Below, piece by piece: positions 1 through 11,402 of a DNA stretch of 64,000 nucleotides. The notes below the pieces were generated by a model, which worked only from the letters and a program-made list of their open reading frames with translations, had not been told where the DNA came from and did not search any database. Location: NCBI GenBank assembly GCA_029838195.1, contig JALGVJ010000018.1, positions 1 through 64,000 of the forward strand, in the 5' to 3' direction. The translations under genes and the position numbers were made by a program. Positions within the stretch are counted from its first letter, which is position 1. The number at the start of each line of letters is the position of its first letter. Source of the stretch: Promethearchaeota archaeon (GTDB lineage Archaea; Asgardarchaeota; Lokiarchaeia; Sigyniarchaeales; SOKP01).

Positions 1-223
1 CGCATGGCAGCGCTTAATTGGTTTCTTAGCTGTCTTATTACTTCTTCAGAATATTGGAAGATTATATCCGATGCCAGCTCGTCCAGTTCACAATTTTTCG
101 ATTCATTAATATATAATGGATCGTCATATTTTTTCAACTTTTTGGTGGTTTTGTCGCCAATCTTAGAGCTGGAGCGTGGTAACTGAGATTAATTTGCTAC
201 CTTATAAAAAAAAATTTGAAAAT

Positions 224-775
224 TCATTGAAATGCCTTGAACATTTCTTTTTTCGCCTTACAGATCGGGCAATTATCTGGGGCCTCTCCTTCCAAAGTAT
301 ATCCACATACCCCACAAACTTGAATGGAGCCTAATTGGACATCCTTCTTTGAATCTACAGCCTTTTTAGCTTTTTCAAACAATTTCTTATGCTCCTTTTC
401 CGTGTTTAGTGCCCATTCAAAGGTTTTCACGGCACCTTCTTCGCCTTGAAACTTGGCCGTTTCGATATATGCGGGATACATCTCCGTGATTTCGAAGGTT
501 TCGCCATCAATCCCTAATTGTAAATTTTTTAAGGTGTCTCCAGGGCCAAATGCACCCATGCTATTAGCAACAAACCCACCATTGAGCTGTTTTAATTGCT
601 GGTAGTGGTCTCCCGCATGAATATATTCAGCATGAGCAATTGCTTCAAAAAGGCGAGCTACGTTATCAAATCCTTCTTTCCTAGCAATATTGGCAAAGTG
701 GAGATAACGCATGTGAGCCATTGATTCTCCCCCAAAAGCATTAATTAAGTGTTGTTGAGTAATTTGTTTCATCAT
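224..775 (-). CDS. rbr: rubrerythrin family protein
   Basis: Diiron motifs (GESMA..RY, EYIHA, GETFE...MYP, EKEH) plus C-terminal rubredoxin CGVCG...CPIC. Confidence 0.93.
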   Translation of the reverse strand: MMKQITQQHLINAFGGESMAHMRYLHFANIARKEGFDNVARLFEAIAHAEYIHAGDHYQQLKQLNGGFVANSMGAFGPGDTLKNLQLGIDGETFEITEMYPAYIETAKFQGEEGAVKTFEWALNTEKEHKKLFEKAKKAVDSKKDVQLGSIQVCGVCGYTLEGEAPDNCPICKAKKEMFKAFQ

Positions 776-925
776 TTCTTCCCTCTTGAATTTTGAATTT
801 TTTTAAGGAGGTAATGTGAATTCTATTTTAAAGATTTCGTTTAGAATCTAAAAATCATTAATTTTTCAAATGGTTATAAATTTAATTTTTTTAACCGTTA
901 ATAGTTTGATTAATTAAAGCATTAG

Positions 926-2122
926 ATGATGAAGAGGAACGGACAGATAATGGAAGTAAAAACGAAAATTTCCATTCAAAAAATATTTAATGATAATGTC
1001 GAAAAGGCCGTATTCAAGGCATTAGAATTAATTAATGCTAAAAAAGTGATGACAAAAGAAGGAATGACCATTTTAATAAAACCCAATATTTTACAAGCCA
1101 AACCTCCTGAAAGAGCTGTTACGACTCACCCTGAAGTGATTAGAGCGGTTATTCACTGGGTTAACCAATTTAATCCCGCAAAAATCTACGTTTGCGATTC
1201 TAGCGGAGGTGCAGAACGAGGAATTACAGAAAAAAGCATGAAAGTGAGTGGAATTTTTGCCACATGTGAAGAAGAGGGAGTAGAATGCATTCCGTTTGAA
1301 AAAACCAAAACAAGGGTTTATCACGTAAAAAATCCCTTGGAACTCGACCATTTTGCAAGTTCGAGCTTAATTGAAGAAGTGGATTTAATCATTAACGTAC
1401 CAAAAATCAAAACACATGGTCAATGTTTACTAACGTGTTGTATAAAGAACATGTTTGGTACGATTCTTCGAATTAACAAACCAAAAACGCATGCACAATT
1501 TTCTACTCTCGAGAGATTTTGTGGCGCTTTAGCCGATATATATTCTGTTTCAAGACCACAATTAACCGTAATTGATGGATATTTGTGCCAAGAAGGTGCT
1601 GGACCTTCAAAAGGAGATGTCGTGAAGCTTAATTTAATCTTAGCAGGTTTTGATGGAGTTGCATTGGACAGCGTGGTTTGTAAATTAATCGGAATTAATA
1701 TTGATGACGTGAAATACATTAAAAAAGCGGAAAAAAAGGGTTTAGGGACGACAAACTTGGATCATGTCGAAATTTTAGGAGAATCTATTGAAAACGTCTC
1801 TCGCAAATTTAAGTTGCCTTTTACTACTCCCATCTCAGTTCCACTTCCCCGTTTTTTATCAAATTTCGTGGGAAACACGTTATTTAAGGCCAGCGTGAAA
1901 TTTAATCCAAAGAAATGCAAATTATGTTCAACCTGCTGGACCAGTTGTCCTGTAGATGCGATTAAACCTCCAGCGATAAGGAGATTGGGAAATGTTCCCT
2001 CTTGGAATCGAAAAAAATGCATTACTTGCTATTGCTGCGCTGAACTCTGCCCCCACGAAGCCATAGACTTTAAAGTGGATTATCTTAAAAATGTCTTCTT
2101 ATCCATCACGGAACTTTTTTAA
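926..2122 (+). CDS. DUF362 domain protein with C-terminal 2x[4Fe-4S] ferredoxin domain
   Basis: IKPN...TTHPEVI, NVPKIKTH, CIKNMFG, VIDG motifs; two CxxCxxCxxxCP motifs. Confidence 0.88.
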   Translation: MMKRNGQIMEVKTKISIQKIFNDNVEKAVFKALELINAKKVMTKEGMTILIKPNILQAKPPERAVTTHPEVIRAVIHWVNQFNPAKIYVCDSSGGAERGITEKSMKVSGIFATCEEEGVECIPFEKTKTRVYHVKNPLELDHFASSSLIEEVDLIINVPKIKTHGQCLLTCCIKNMFGTILRINKPKTHAQFSTLERFCGALADIYSVSRPQLTVIDGYLCQEGAGPSKGDVVKLNLILAGFDGVALDSVVCKLIGINIDDVKYIKKAEKKGLGTTNLDHVEILGESIENVSRKFKLPFTTPISVPLPRFLSNFVGNTLFKASVKFNPKKCKLCSTCWTSCPVDAIKPPAIRRLGNVPSWNRKKCITCYCCAELCPHEAIDFKVDYLKNVFLSITELF

Positions 2123-2350
2123 TGTAAAAACATTATTCTTTTTTTCATAGATTTAATTTAGCATAAATCTTGCAAGCTTTTAGAACTAAAAGTAAGATAT
2201 ATAAGAGGAAGAAGAGGTCTCTTTATCAGGAATTTTTCTCTCTCATGAACTCTTTATTTGAAATTTTTCTATTTTAGATTTAATTAAACTCTTAAAGTAC
2301 AATTATCTTAGATCATTATAATATTACCTCATAATTTAAGCGAACTTGAC

Positions 2351-3625
<1,275 letters not shown>

Positions 3626-3963
3626 AAGGGGTAATTTCCATTTTTAATTCATGTTTTTTTCTATTTTGTTTATTTTACGAAAAATTTGAAACATTCAATT
3701 CATAAAAGAGAAATCATGGGGGCATTCTCCGGAATTTCAAATTTTTAAAAGAAAATTCAGATGCTGGAACATAAAAATTTCATTATATACATTTTTAGGC
3801 GTGCTTATTAATTTTAGAATCGTATCTTTTTTTTTTAAGATTAAAAACTTTAATACCTTTTGAATGTAATATAAAATATAATCAAAAATGTCTAAAATTT
3901 AAAGATTTTAGATTGTTGTAGTGATTTACTTAATTAAAAATAACGTGAGGAAATAGTTAGAAC

Positions 3964-5355
3964 ATGAAAATCGTGATTTTAAATGGCTCTCCTAAGGGGG
4001 ACGAAAGCGTCACAATGCAATACATGCTGTATATTAAGAAAAAGATCCCTGAAAACGAGTATAAATTTCTGAACGTTGCTCAACAAGTCTCAAAAATCGA
4101 AAAAGATGATACCCGATTCCAAGAAATAATGAAAGAAATTCAATCGGCGGATGGAATTATTTGGGGGTTTCCTGTTTACGTTATGCTCATATGTTCCCAA
4201 TTCAAGCGCTTTATAGAATTAATATTTGAAAGAGATGCTCAATCAAATTTTAAGGATAAATACACTGTCATATTATCCACCTCCATCCATTTTTATGATC
4301 ATACTGCACAAAATTACATGCAAGCCATCTGTGATGATTTAGATATGAAATTTATCGATTATTTTTCTGCAGATAGTTGGGATCTCCTATATCCAAAGAA
4401 AAGGCAAACATGGCTTCATTTCATGGAAAATTTTTTCACGAGTATCGAGAGAAAACAAGCTACTCAAAAAAAATATTCACCCCTCTTGTTTCGAGATTTT
4501 ACATATGAGCCCCAATTAGCACTAAAGGATGCGGATTTATTGACGTTAGGCGAAAAAAAATTGCTCATTGTAACAGATTCTACAAGCTTGGACACCAATC
4601 TTGGAAAGATGATTAATCAACTCAAGAGTTATTTTACCGATGAAATAGAAACGATTAATATACATGATTTACATCTCATTTCAGGTTGTATTGGATGCAC
4701 GCAATGCGGGTATAATCATGAATGCGTATTTGAGGATAAGGATGAGTTTAAGGAATTTTGGGAAGAAAAAGTAATGAAGGCAGATATTTTGATTTTTACC
4801 GGGCAGATGAAAGATAGATTCCTTTCTGCTCGCTGGAAGATGATCTATGATAGGGCATTTTATAATAATCACACGCCCACGCTGATAAACAAACAAGTCG
4901 GGTATCTCATTTCCGGTCCCTTGAGTCAAAATCAGAATCTACGAGAAATCTTGCAAGCACACGTGGAATATCAGAATTCAAATCTCGTGGGTTTTGTTAC
5001 GGATGAGTTTGGTACTTCAGAACAATTAGATCAAATTTTATATGATTTTGGACGTTCATTACTTGAATTAAGCAAGCAGGATTTAATCAAGCCCCCTACG
5101 TTTTTAGGAGTAGGAGCCATAAAAATCTTCAGAGATGATGTATATGGCAGAAATCGCTTCGTTTTTCTTGCAGATCATGAATACTATGAGACTCATGGGA
5201 TTTATGATACTTTTCCCCAGAGAGATGAAAGAGCTAAAAGAATGAATGAAAAACTCATACCTTTAATGAGAATTGATAAGGTGAGGAAAAAGTTAAACTT
5301 GAAGCAAGAGTTTCTCAAGCCGTTTAAACGTGTTATAGAAGATCCAAATAAATAA
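3964..5355 (+). CDS. tandem flavodoxin-like NAD(P)H-dependent oxidoreductase / iron-sulfur flavoprotein
   Basis: N-terminal LNGSPK...S.T FMN loop and ADGIIWGFPVY; second flavodoxin repeat carries CIGCTQC...C. Confidence 0.82.
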   Translation: MKIVILNGSPKGDESVTMQYMLYIKKKIPENEYKFLNVAQQVSKIEKDDTRFQEIMKEIQSADGIIWGFPVYVMLICSQFKRFIELIFERDAQSNFKDKYTVILSTSIHFYDHTAQNYMQAICDDLDMKFIDYFSADSWDLLYPKKRQTWLHFMENFFTSIERKQATQKKYSPLLFRDFTYEPQLALKDADLLTLGEKKLLIVTDSTSLDTNLGKMINQLKSYFTDEIETINIHDLHLISGCIGCTQCGYNHECVFEDKDEFKEFWEEKVMKADILIFTGQMKDRFLSARWKMIYDRAFYNNHTPTLINKQVGYLISGPLSQNQNLREILQAHVEYQNSNLVGFVTDEFGTSEQLDQILYDFGRSLLELSKQDLIKPPTFLGVGAIKIFRDDVYGRNRFVFLADHEYYETHGIYDTFPQRDERAKRMNEKLIPLMRIDKVRKKLNLKQEFLKPFKRVIEDPNK

Positions 5356-5423
5356 TAATAACCCCGGCTTATTTTTTTTAACACCTTTCACGGATAAAAA
5401 ACAAAAGAGAATAAAGTTCTAAA

Positions 5424-5624
5424 ATGGCTTGGGGCGGATTTTTAGGAAAAAATGGCTCAAATTATTATAGATTACTGCGAAGGGCAGAAAAATCCATTGA
5501 ATTCTTAGAGGATATAAAAAATTTTCTAAATGAAAAAGAAAAACAACATGTACTAAAAACGATTGAAATCATAACTAATTATATTAATAATTTATCCGAA
5601 CGAGGGAAAAAAGATTTAGAGTGA
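5424..5624 (+). CDS. small hypothetical protein
   Basis: 66-aa ORF filling an intergenic gap; overlaps the convergent gene by 9 nt. Confidence 0.4.
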   Translation: MAWGGFLGKNGSNYYRLLRRAEKSIEFLEDIKNFLNEKEKQHVLKTIEIITNYINNLSERGKKDLE

Positions 5625-6185
5625 ATCAAGGAGCTTTTTAATCGCTTGAATTATATTATCTGCCGCACGTTTTACGGATGGAGTCAAATTAATTTCAAAG
5701 AAAGGGAGATCTATATTTTCAATTCTTTCTTCTAAGGGTATTTCCTCGGATTTATAGAGTGTTAATTGTTCAAATCCTTCTAGGCTTTCGGGTACAAAAC
5801 CGATCATGAATATATTTATATTATCCAACGCTTTTAATATAAGATCAATCACGATTTGAATGGGAATTGTATGACTGGAGATGGGGACGACATTAGCGAT
5901 GTGTTCTCTTTCAATAATACTGACCGTGCCCGGTTCTCCGTTTAAAGTGCAGGTGTCAAAGATGCATAAATGCGAGGGGTTAAATTCTATAATCTGCTCG
6001 ATTCTACTCATTGGATCTATCCCCGCATTAATAAACAAGTATCTATCATTTGAATAAGAGAGCAATTCACTAATGATATAAATTCCCACTGCATCATCAC
6101 TTAACTTTTCCTCTCCAATGCCCATGAAAACGATTTTTGTTGCTCCAGAAAATTTTTCCATTAATTTTTTAACGAAATTTTCCAT
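5616..6185 (-). CDS. hydrogenase maturation protease (HycI-like)
   Basis: GIGEEKLSDDAVG, FDT, PG, ISSHTIP motifs. Confidence 0.85.
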   Translation of the reverse strand: MENFVKKLMEKFSGATKIVFMGIGEEKLSDDAVGIYIISELLSYSNDRYLFINAGIDPMSRIEQIIEFNPSHLCIFDTCTLNGEPGTVSIIEREHIANVVPISSHTIPIQIVIDLILKALDNINIFMIGFVPESLEGFEQLTLYKSEEIPLEERIENIDLPFFEINLTPSVKRAADNIIQAIKKLLDSL

Positions 6186-6402
6186 GATGTACTAAATTTT
6201 CTTGCATTTGTAATGAGGGATATAATTTTAAAAAGAGAGAGAAGCAATATTTTTTTTCTTTATTCTTTATTTGAAAAAATACGATTTACAATTAAAATAA
6301 AACGAAAAAATATGAAATGAAAAAGTAAAAGATGAAATATAGAGATGGTGGAAAAAAATGAGAAGTAATCCAATATTGATGTCTTTCTTACTATTTCAAA
6401 TC

Positions 6403-7485
6403 TTAAGAAAAAGAATTAAAAGGAAGATCTCCCGAAAATTTTACAGCCGCAATTTTTCCTTCCTCATTTTCTTCTACCAATCCAATTTGTTTTAGTTGAT
6501 CAACCATTTTTCTGATTAAAACAATTGGAGAGCCCACGGCATTTCTCAAATCATCAATAGAAATTTGCCCTACATCTTTAATGATGAAATAAGCTTTAAA
6601 AATACCTTCTTGCTCCATAAGGGGTTTCAATTTTTCATATTCCTGTAGAGCTGTGGTTTGTTCTTTAATTTCTTCAAATTTTTTCTTATAATTATTCTCA
6701 ATATCTTTTATTTTATTTTCCATCTCACTTACCTGCTTGAGGGCTTCTGCTTTCTCTTTAGTTAGTTGCTCTATTTTTGAAATTAACTCTTTTTGTTTAT
6801 CATAAATCTCTTTAAATTTCTCTTCAAAATCCAGGGCTTCAATTTCTTTATCTCCTATTGTCATGATTTCACTTTCAAGAAGGAATGTTTCCAGTTTTGT
6901 TAATTTAGATTGTAATTGTTGTTTTTCTTCCGCATATTTTTTTGTTAAATTTTCTATTTCTGTTCTATACTCATTACGTAAAGCTTCAATTTCTCTTGTA
7001 TATTCTTCTTTATACTTTCCTTCGAATGATTTAATTTCTTGAATTTGATTTTCTAATGATTTAATTCGATCATTTTTAACAAGGAGTTCCCCTTCTTTTT
7101 CAGCAAGTTTTGCTTTTAATTCTCCAACTTGTTTTAATGTTTCAGTTAATTTTTGGTCAGAGGTTTCTCTCTGTTGCTTATATAATTCCATTTCCTTTTT
7201 CGCTTGTAATGCCTCGCCTTTTGCGTGTTCTAATTCCAATTCTTTTTCATTTAATAAAGCCCTTTGCATACCTATAATTTCTTTTAATTCTCTCACATCT
7301 TCAGGCACTTCAATGGCTTGCGCTTTTTCTTGCTTTTGTTCTTCAATTATTTTTTCTTGCTCTTGAATAATTTTTTTTTGTCGTTCAATTAATTCCATTA
7401 ATCTTTCAATTTTAGTCTCAAGAGCTGCTACTTCATTTTCTCTTTCCTCAATCTTGTTTAATAAGTCTTTTAAATCCATTCCCAT
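6403..7485 (-). CDS. long coiled-coil protein with C-terminal winged helix
   Basis: About 290 aa of E/K/Q-rich heptads, then KAYFIIKDVGQISIDDLRNAVG...VDQLKQIGLVEE. Confidence 0.7.
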   Translation of the reverse strand: MGMDLKDLLNKIEERENEVAALETKIERLMELIERQKKIIQEQEKIIEEQKQEKAQAIEVPEDVRELKEIIGMQRALLNEKELELEHAKGEALQAKKEMELYKQQRETSDQKLTETLKQVGELKAKLAEKEGELLVKNDRIKSLENQIQEIKSFEGKYKEEYTREIEALRNEYRTEIENLTKKYAEEKQQLQSKLTKLETFLLESEIMTIGDKEIEALDFEEKFKEIYDKQKELISKIEQLTKEKAEALKQVSEMENKIKDIENNYKKKFEEIKEQTTALQEYEKLKPLMEQEGIFKAYFIIKDVGQISIDDLRNAVGSPIVLIRKMVDQLKQIGLVEENEEGKIAAVKFSGDLPFNSFS

Positions 7486-7644
7486 TGTAAGTTGGCTCTT
7501 TTCATATTAATTATTATTTTTAATTGAGATTTATCAAATATAAGAGAGATTTGGTATAAATAATTTTCGAAATGTAATTTACAACGATTCTAAGATCATT
7601 AATAAAAGAAGCAAGGCAATAAGAAAATATTTATTGTTTAATTT

Positions 7645-8679
7645 TTATCCAAAAATGAATTTAGTACCAACACTAAGATTCCATGCTCTTATTTTTCGAG
7701 AAGATGGTAATTCATTAATTTTTTGGAGAAAATTCGTTCCACTACAATGAATAGGAAATAAATAAAGGGGAATATCCTTATCTTGAAGGGATTGGAGGTA
7801 AGCGTTGGTTTTTTTCATTCTTTCCTCTGTAGCAGTAGCCATGTGAAATCCTCCAATAACATGTGTAATGGGTTTAGAAGTAATCTGCTTTACCTGGTCG
7901 AGCGTATTCATAATGCCGGCATGACAGCAACCTAATAATAAAATAACTTTATCATGTAATTCAATGAACAGCGAACGATCATCCAAGATAATGTCCCTTT
8001 TCATGATTCCATCTTGCAAAGAGAAAAAATTACTGAATTTCTCTTCAACATGCGTTCGCTTGATCTCCCCTAAAAGAATAACTTTTATCCCGTCATGCTT
8101 TAATATAGTACGAGGTTTTTTAGTGAAAATGACCTTACCTTTTAACCCCGCCATCTTTTCAAGATCTAAGGGTTCTTGATTTACAATTTTAAAAGTAGAA
8201 AGGAGGGGTAATAATTCTTCTCGTGTTTTCCCCTTCAAATCTTTATTTTTTACCTCCTTAGATCTCTTAAAGAATCTTTCAAATACAGCATGTTCATGAC
8301 AATATATGGGAATTTCTTTATCTATTTGTTTTAATAATTCATGTAAACCCCCCACATGATCATAATGCCAGTGAGATAATATTATGGAATCAATATCATG
8401 GAATTGATACCCTCTAATATTAAAATTATGAATAAAAGTTAAATTCGGTCCACCCGTGTCGAATATAATTGTTTTTTTAAAGGATTCCGCTTCCCTTTTA
8501 GAATCATCATTTTTCTCATTTTCATTAACCTCTCGAATGGTAATGATAAAACCGATTCCATGTTCTGCAAGAGAGCGTGTCGCCAATAGTTTATTAAATT
8601 TCATGAAGGTTAAACCCGGGTTAGTTTGAAAAGGCAAGACGCAATTATTAGTTAATATCTCAATTTCTATTTGAATCAT
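7645..8679 (-). CDS. MBL-fold metallo-hydrolase (DHPS-like subclass)
   Basis: EHG, FDTG, SHWHYDHVGG, GCCHAG, GGFH and HCSG motifs. Confidence 0.88.
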   Translation of the reverse strand: MIQIEIEILTNNCVLPFQTNPGLTFMKFNKLLATRSLAEHGIGFIITIREVNENEKNDDSKREAESFKKTIIFDTGGPNLTFIHNFNIRGYQFHDIDSIILSHWHYDHVGGLHELLKQIDKEIPIYCHEHAVFERFFKRSKEVKNKDLKGKTREELLPLLSTFKIVNQEPLDLEKMAGLKGKVIFTKKPRTILKHDGIKVILLGEIKRTHVEEKFSNFFSLQDGIMKRDIILDDRSLFIELHDKVILLLGCCHAGIMNTLDQVKQITSKPITHVIGGFHMATATEERMKKTNAYLQSLQDKDIPLYLFPIHCSGTNFLQKINELPSSRKIRAWNLSVGTKFIFG

Positions 8680-8723
8680 TGATGAGGCCTATTTCTTTAC
8701 CTTATTTATATAAAATTTCATGC

Positions 8724-9686
8724 TTACAAAAAAAGAATTACATAATTTCCAAATATAATAAGTAACACAGCAATAAGAAATTTCTTGCGAAACTTCTCTT
8801 TTAATATCATGATTGATAAAAATTGTTGCACCAAGGGAGTACTTGCAGTTATAGTGGAGGTAATAATAAGTCCATTAATTTCTGCTGCTTTCATGAAGAA
8901 CGAATCAGCTAATCCTAAGGATAGCGCCCCTGCTAATCCAATATATAAATAATATTTTAGAGTACTTCTGTTTTCCGTTTTAAACGCTTCAAAAAATTCC
9001 TGCTGAAATAATCCATAAATTCCTATGCAGATTGTGGCAATGATAACCCTTAAAAAATTAGAAACAAAAACATCACCAGTAATGATTCTCGTTTGGTGAA
9101 ATGAGGCGTATGCTACAGCCCATAGAAATGCTGCGATGAGGGCAAATAATACTCCTTCTATTAAATCTTTCGAATGGGCTTCAGAAGAAACCTTTTCTTG
9201 ATTCTTGGTCTGTTCTGGTTTATCCTTCCGACTTAATAAAAAAACGCTCGAAAGAATTAATGCACCTCCAATTAAAACCGAGAATTTAATTTCTTCTCCA
9301 AAAAAAATAAAAGCTAACGGATATACAAATACTAAGGAAAGCTGAGTCAAGGGATACGCACGAGATACATCAATTTTCTTTAAAGAGGAAAAATAGAAAA
9401 TATCCCCTATAGTAACTGAAAGTCCCGATATTGAGGAAGCAATAAGGGCATCTACTAATTGTTGGTCAGTTAAAGTACTTAAAATTTGAAAAGTACTGAA
9501 AAATAAAGAAAAGAGAAACGTGCCCAATGAAACACAGCATAGACGAAAAAAAAGCGTGGCCTTCACTTCAGTTTTTCCTAAGCCAAATTTATAGACCAGA
9601 GAGGCGATTCCCCAGGTGAAAATTGCATTTAATGCGAATAAATAGCCAACAATGAAATCATCCATTTGAGATAGGAAAATTTTCAT
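8724..9686 (-). CDS. DMT/EamA family transporter
   Basis: About 10 TM segments in two EamA repeats (FFGEEI, ILKEKF). Confidence 0.88.
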   Translation of the reverse strand: MKIFLSQMDDFIVGYLFALNAIFTWGIASLVYKFGLGKTEVKATLFFRLCCVSLGTFLFSLFFSTFQILSTLTDQQLVDALIASSISGLSVTIGDIFYFSSLKKIDVSRAYPLTQLSLVFVYPLAFIFFGEEIKFSVLIGGALILSSVFLLSRKDKPEQTKNQEKVSSEAHSKDLIEGVLFALIAAFLWAVAYASFHQTRIITGDVFVSNFLRVIIATICIGIYGLFQQEFFEAFKTENRSTLKYYLYIGLAGALSLGLADSFFMKAAEINGLIITSTITASTPLVQQFLSIMILKEKFRKKFLIAVLLIIFGNYVILFL

Positions 9687-9859
9687 TGAATTAAAAGCAT
9701 AAGAATAAGAAAATTATTAAGGTAAAATAAAGGTAGAGGCTTCTGGTTTTCTCATGATTTACGTCATCTTAATAAAAGAAGGATATTTTTCCCTCTAAGG
9801 AAATTATTAATTCATAGGTTTTTAAAGAGTTAAGAAGGTATAAATGATAAAAAACCAAT

Positions 9860-10564
9860 TTAAATGAATGATACTTTCGTGTCTTTTATATATTTAGCTT
9901 TGCCCAAAACGTCCATTTGGGCGATTAGCCAACATAATTCATCATAACTGGTAGAGGATTTAAAAATCTCTTCCGATTTTAATCGAATATTCTCTATCGA
10001 GGCCATGGGCTGTTGTCGAGCAATCCTTTCTGCCAACATCCAACATAATTCCGAATATTCATATTTCTCTTGAGCAATATAATAGGCTACGATAGAAATT
10101 TTCGTTTTGAGATCGTCAGTTAAAAGATCACCCATATCTCCAAATTGAGAAAATTGTTCTTCAGCTTTCTTTTGAATTTCTTCTTTTTTATCAGGAGACC
10201 ATTCCCTGTATTTTTCAATTTCTTCCATCCATTTTTTAGTGTCTGGTTTTTTCAATTTGAACTCATATCTTTTTTTGATAATACGTTCCACGGCATTATC
10301 CTCCTTTAAATCATCCATTATAGCTAAAAATGTCCCATATTCTTGATTTTCTTCCATGATTAAAATTCTTATTTCTTTTCCTCTTTCTTTTTCAAGTTTT
10401 TCTTTATATCTTTCCGCTAGAACCCGTTTCTCGGATGAATTATTACTTCCAATCCAAATATTTACGATTTCATCATCATCTACCACATAAATTTCATTGG
10501 AATCAAAAGGAATTTGTTTTATATCCCTTAATTCTCCTTTATCATCCAATTTGAGAAATCTCAA
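9860..10564 (-). CDS. single gelsolin-like domain protein with C-terminal repeated helical module
   Basis: FDSNEIYVVDD..VNIWIGSN and EENQEYGTF match the gelsolin core; duplicated Y(S/D)ELCW(M/L)(L/I)A motif; TTG start after AAGGGG. Confidence 0.72.
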   Translation of the reverse strand: MRFLKLDDKGELRDIKQIPFDSNEIYVVDDDEIVNIWIGSNNSSEKRVLAERYKEKLEKERGKEIRILIMEENQEYGTFLAIMDDLKEDNAVERIIKKRYEFKLKKPDTKKWMEEIEKYREWSPDKKEEIQKKAEEQFSQFGDMGDLLTDDLKTKISIVAYYIAQEKYEYSELCWMLAERIARQQPMASIENIRLKSEEIFKSSTSYDELCWLIAQMDVLGKAKYIKDTKVSFI

Positions 10565-10884
10565 ATTATTCGCCCCTTACCTTGAGTTTCATTTTATTTT
10601 TATAGTGCGGGTTAGAAAAATAATGATATACTAATTTATTAAAAATACTTTAAACAATAAGTTCCATTCTCTTATTAATTATTAAGATCACTTACTATTA
10701 AAAACAATAGGATTTCTTTGATCATGCTTATCTCAACAAGGAAAGGAAAGGTTTTGTTCTTTTAATTTAAATGTTTTTCATGACCTTGGAGTTCAAAATC
10801 TTCCTCCTATTGCTTCTCTTTTCAATCATGGAAGGATTTTAATACACGATAAAAAGGAGCCCCCTAACTCTGGAGATAAGAATC

Positions 10885-11163
10885 TTATTTTTCTTCAAAT
10901 TCAATTAGTTCATATCGAATATCTCCACTATAGGTGGTTTTTTCCTCTAATTTTCGAATTTTATTACCTATTTTAAATCGCATTCCTTTTTCTTGAGCAT
11001 AAATTATTCGCTTCAATAATTCTGCCGTAGTTGGTAAGCTTATAGAATCATCACACTCATCACGCAAGAATTCGCGAACATTAGTGGGGTTATATAAGAT
11101 GTTTAGCTTGAGTTTTAAAAAAATATCGACCATCCGGATGATCCAATCTCTTTTTATCTTCAT
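10885..11163 (-). CDS. hypothetical protein
   Basis: 92-aa ORF with ATG start; no recognised family. Confidence 0.55.
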   Translation of the reverse strand: MKIKRDWIIRMVDIFLKLKLNILYNPTNVREFLRDECDDSISLPTTAELLKRIIYAQEKGMRFKIGNKIRKLEEKTTYSGDIRYELIEFEEK

Positions 11164-11402
11164 GATGATACGATTTTTCTTTATGATAATATGGTTTTTT
11201 TATTATTTATATTTTATTTTTTTTGATAACTAAAGAATTTTAATATTTACTTAAAATATACTTTAGTTTATAACAGATTTTCTTTATATAGCTGTCGATA
11301 TATTTATATATTCTGTTGGATATTTTAATATTGATCATATATTATTGATCGATCTTAAAAAAAATCAATTCTATCGATAAAAAAAGAGGTCAATATTAAA
11401 AT

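Noticed and set aside
1-186. 60-aa + strand ORF and an opposite-strand frame running off the window
   Set aside because: No recognisable motifs. The minus-strand frame may be a real gene start but cannot be supported from this window.
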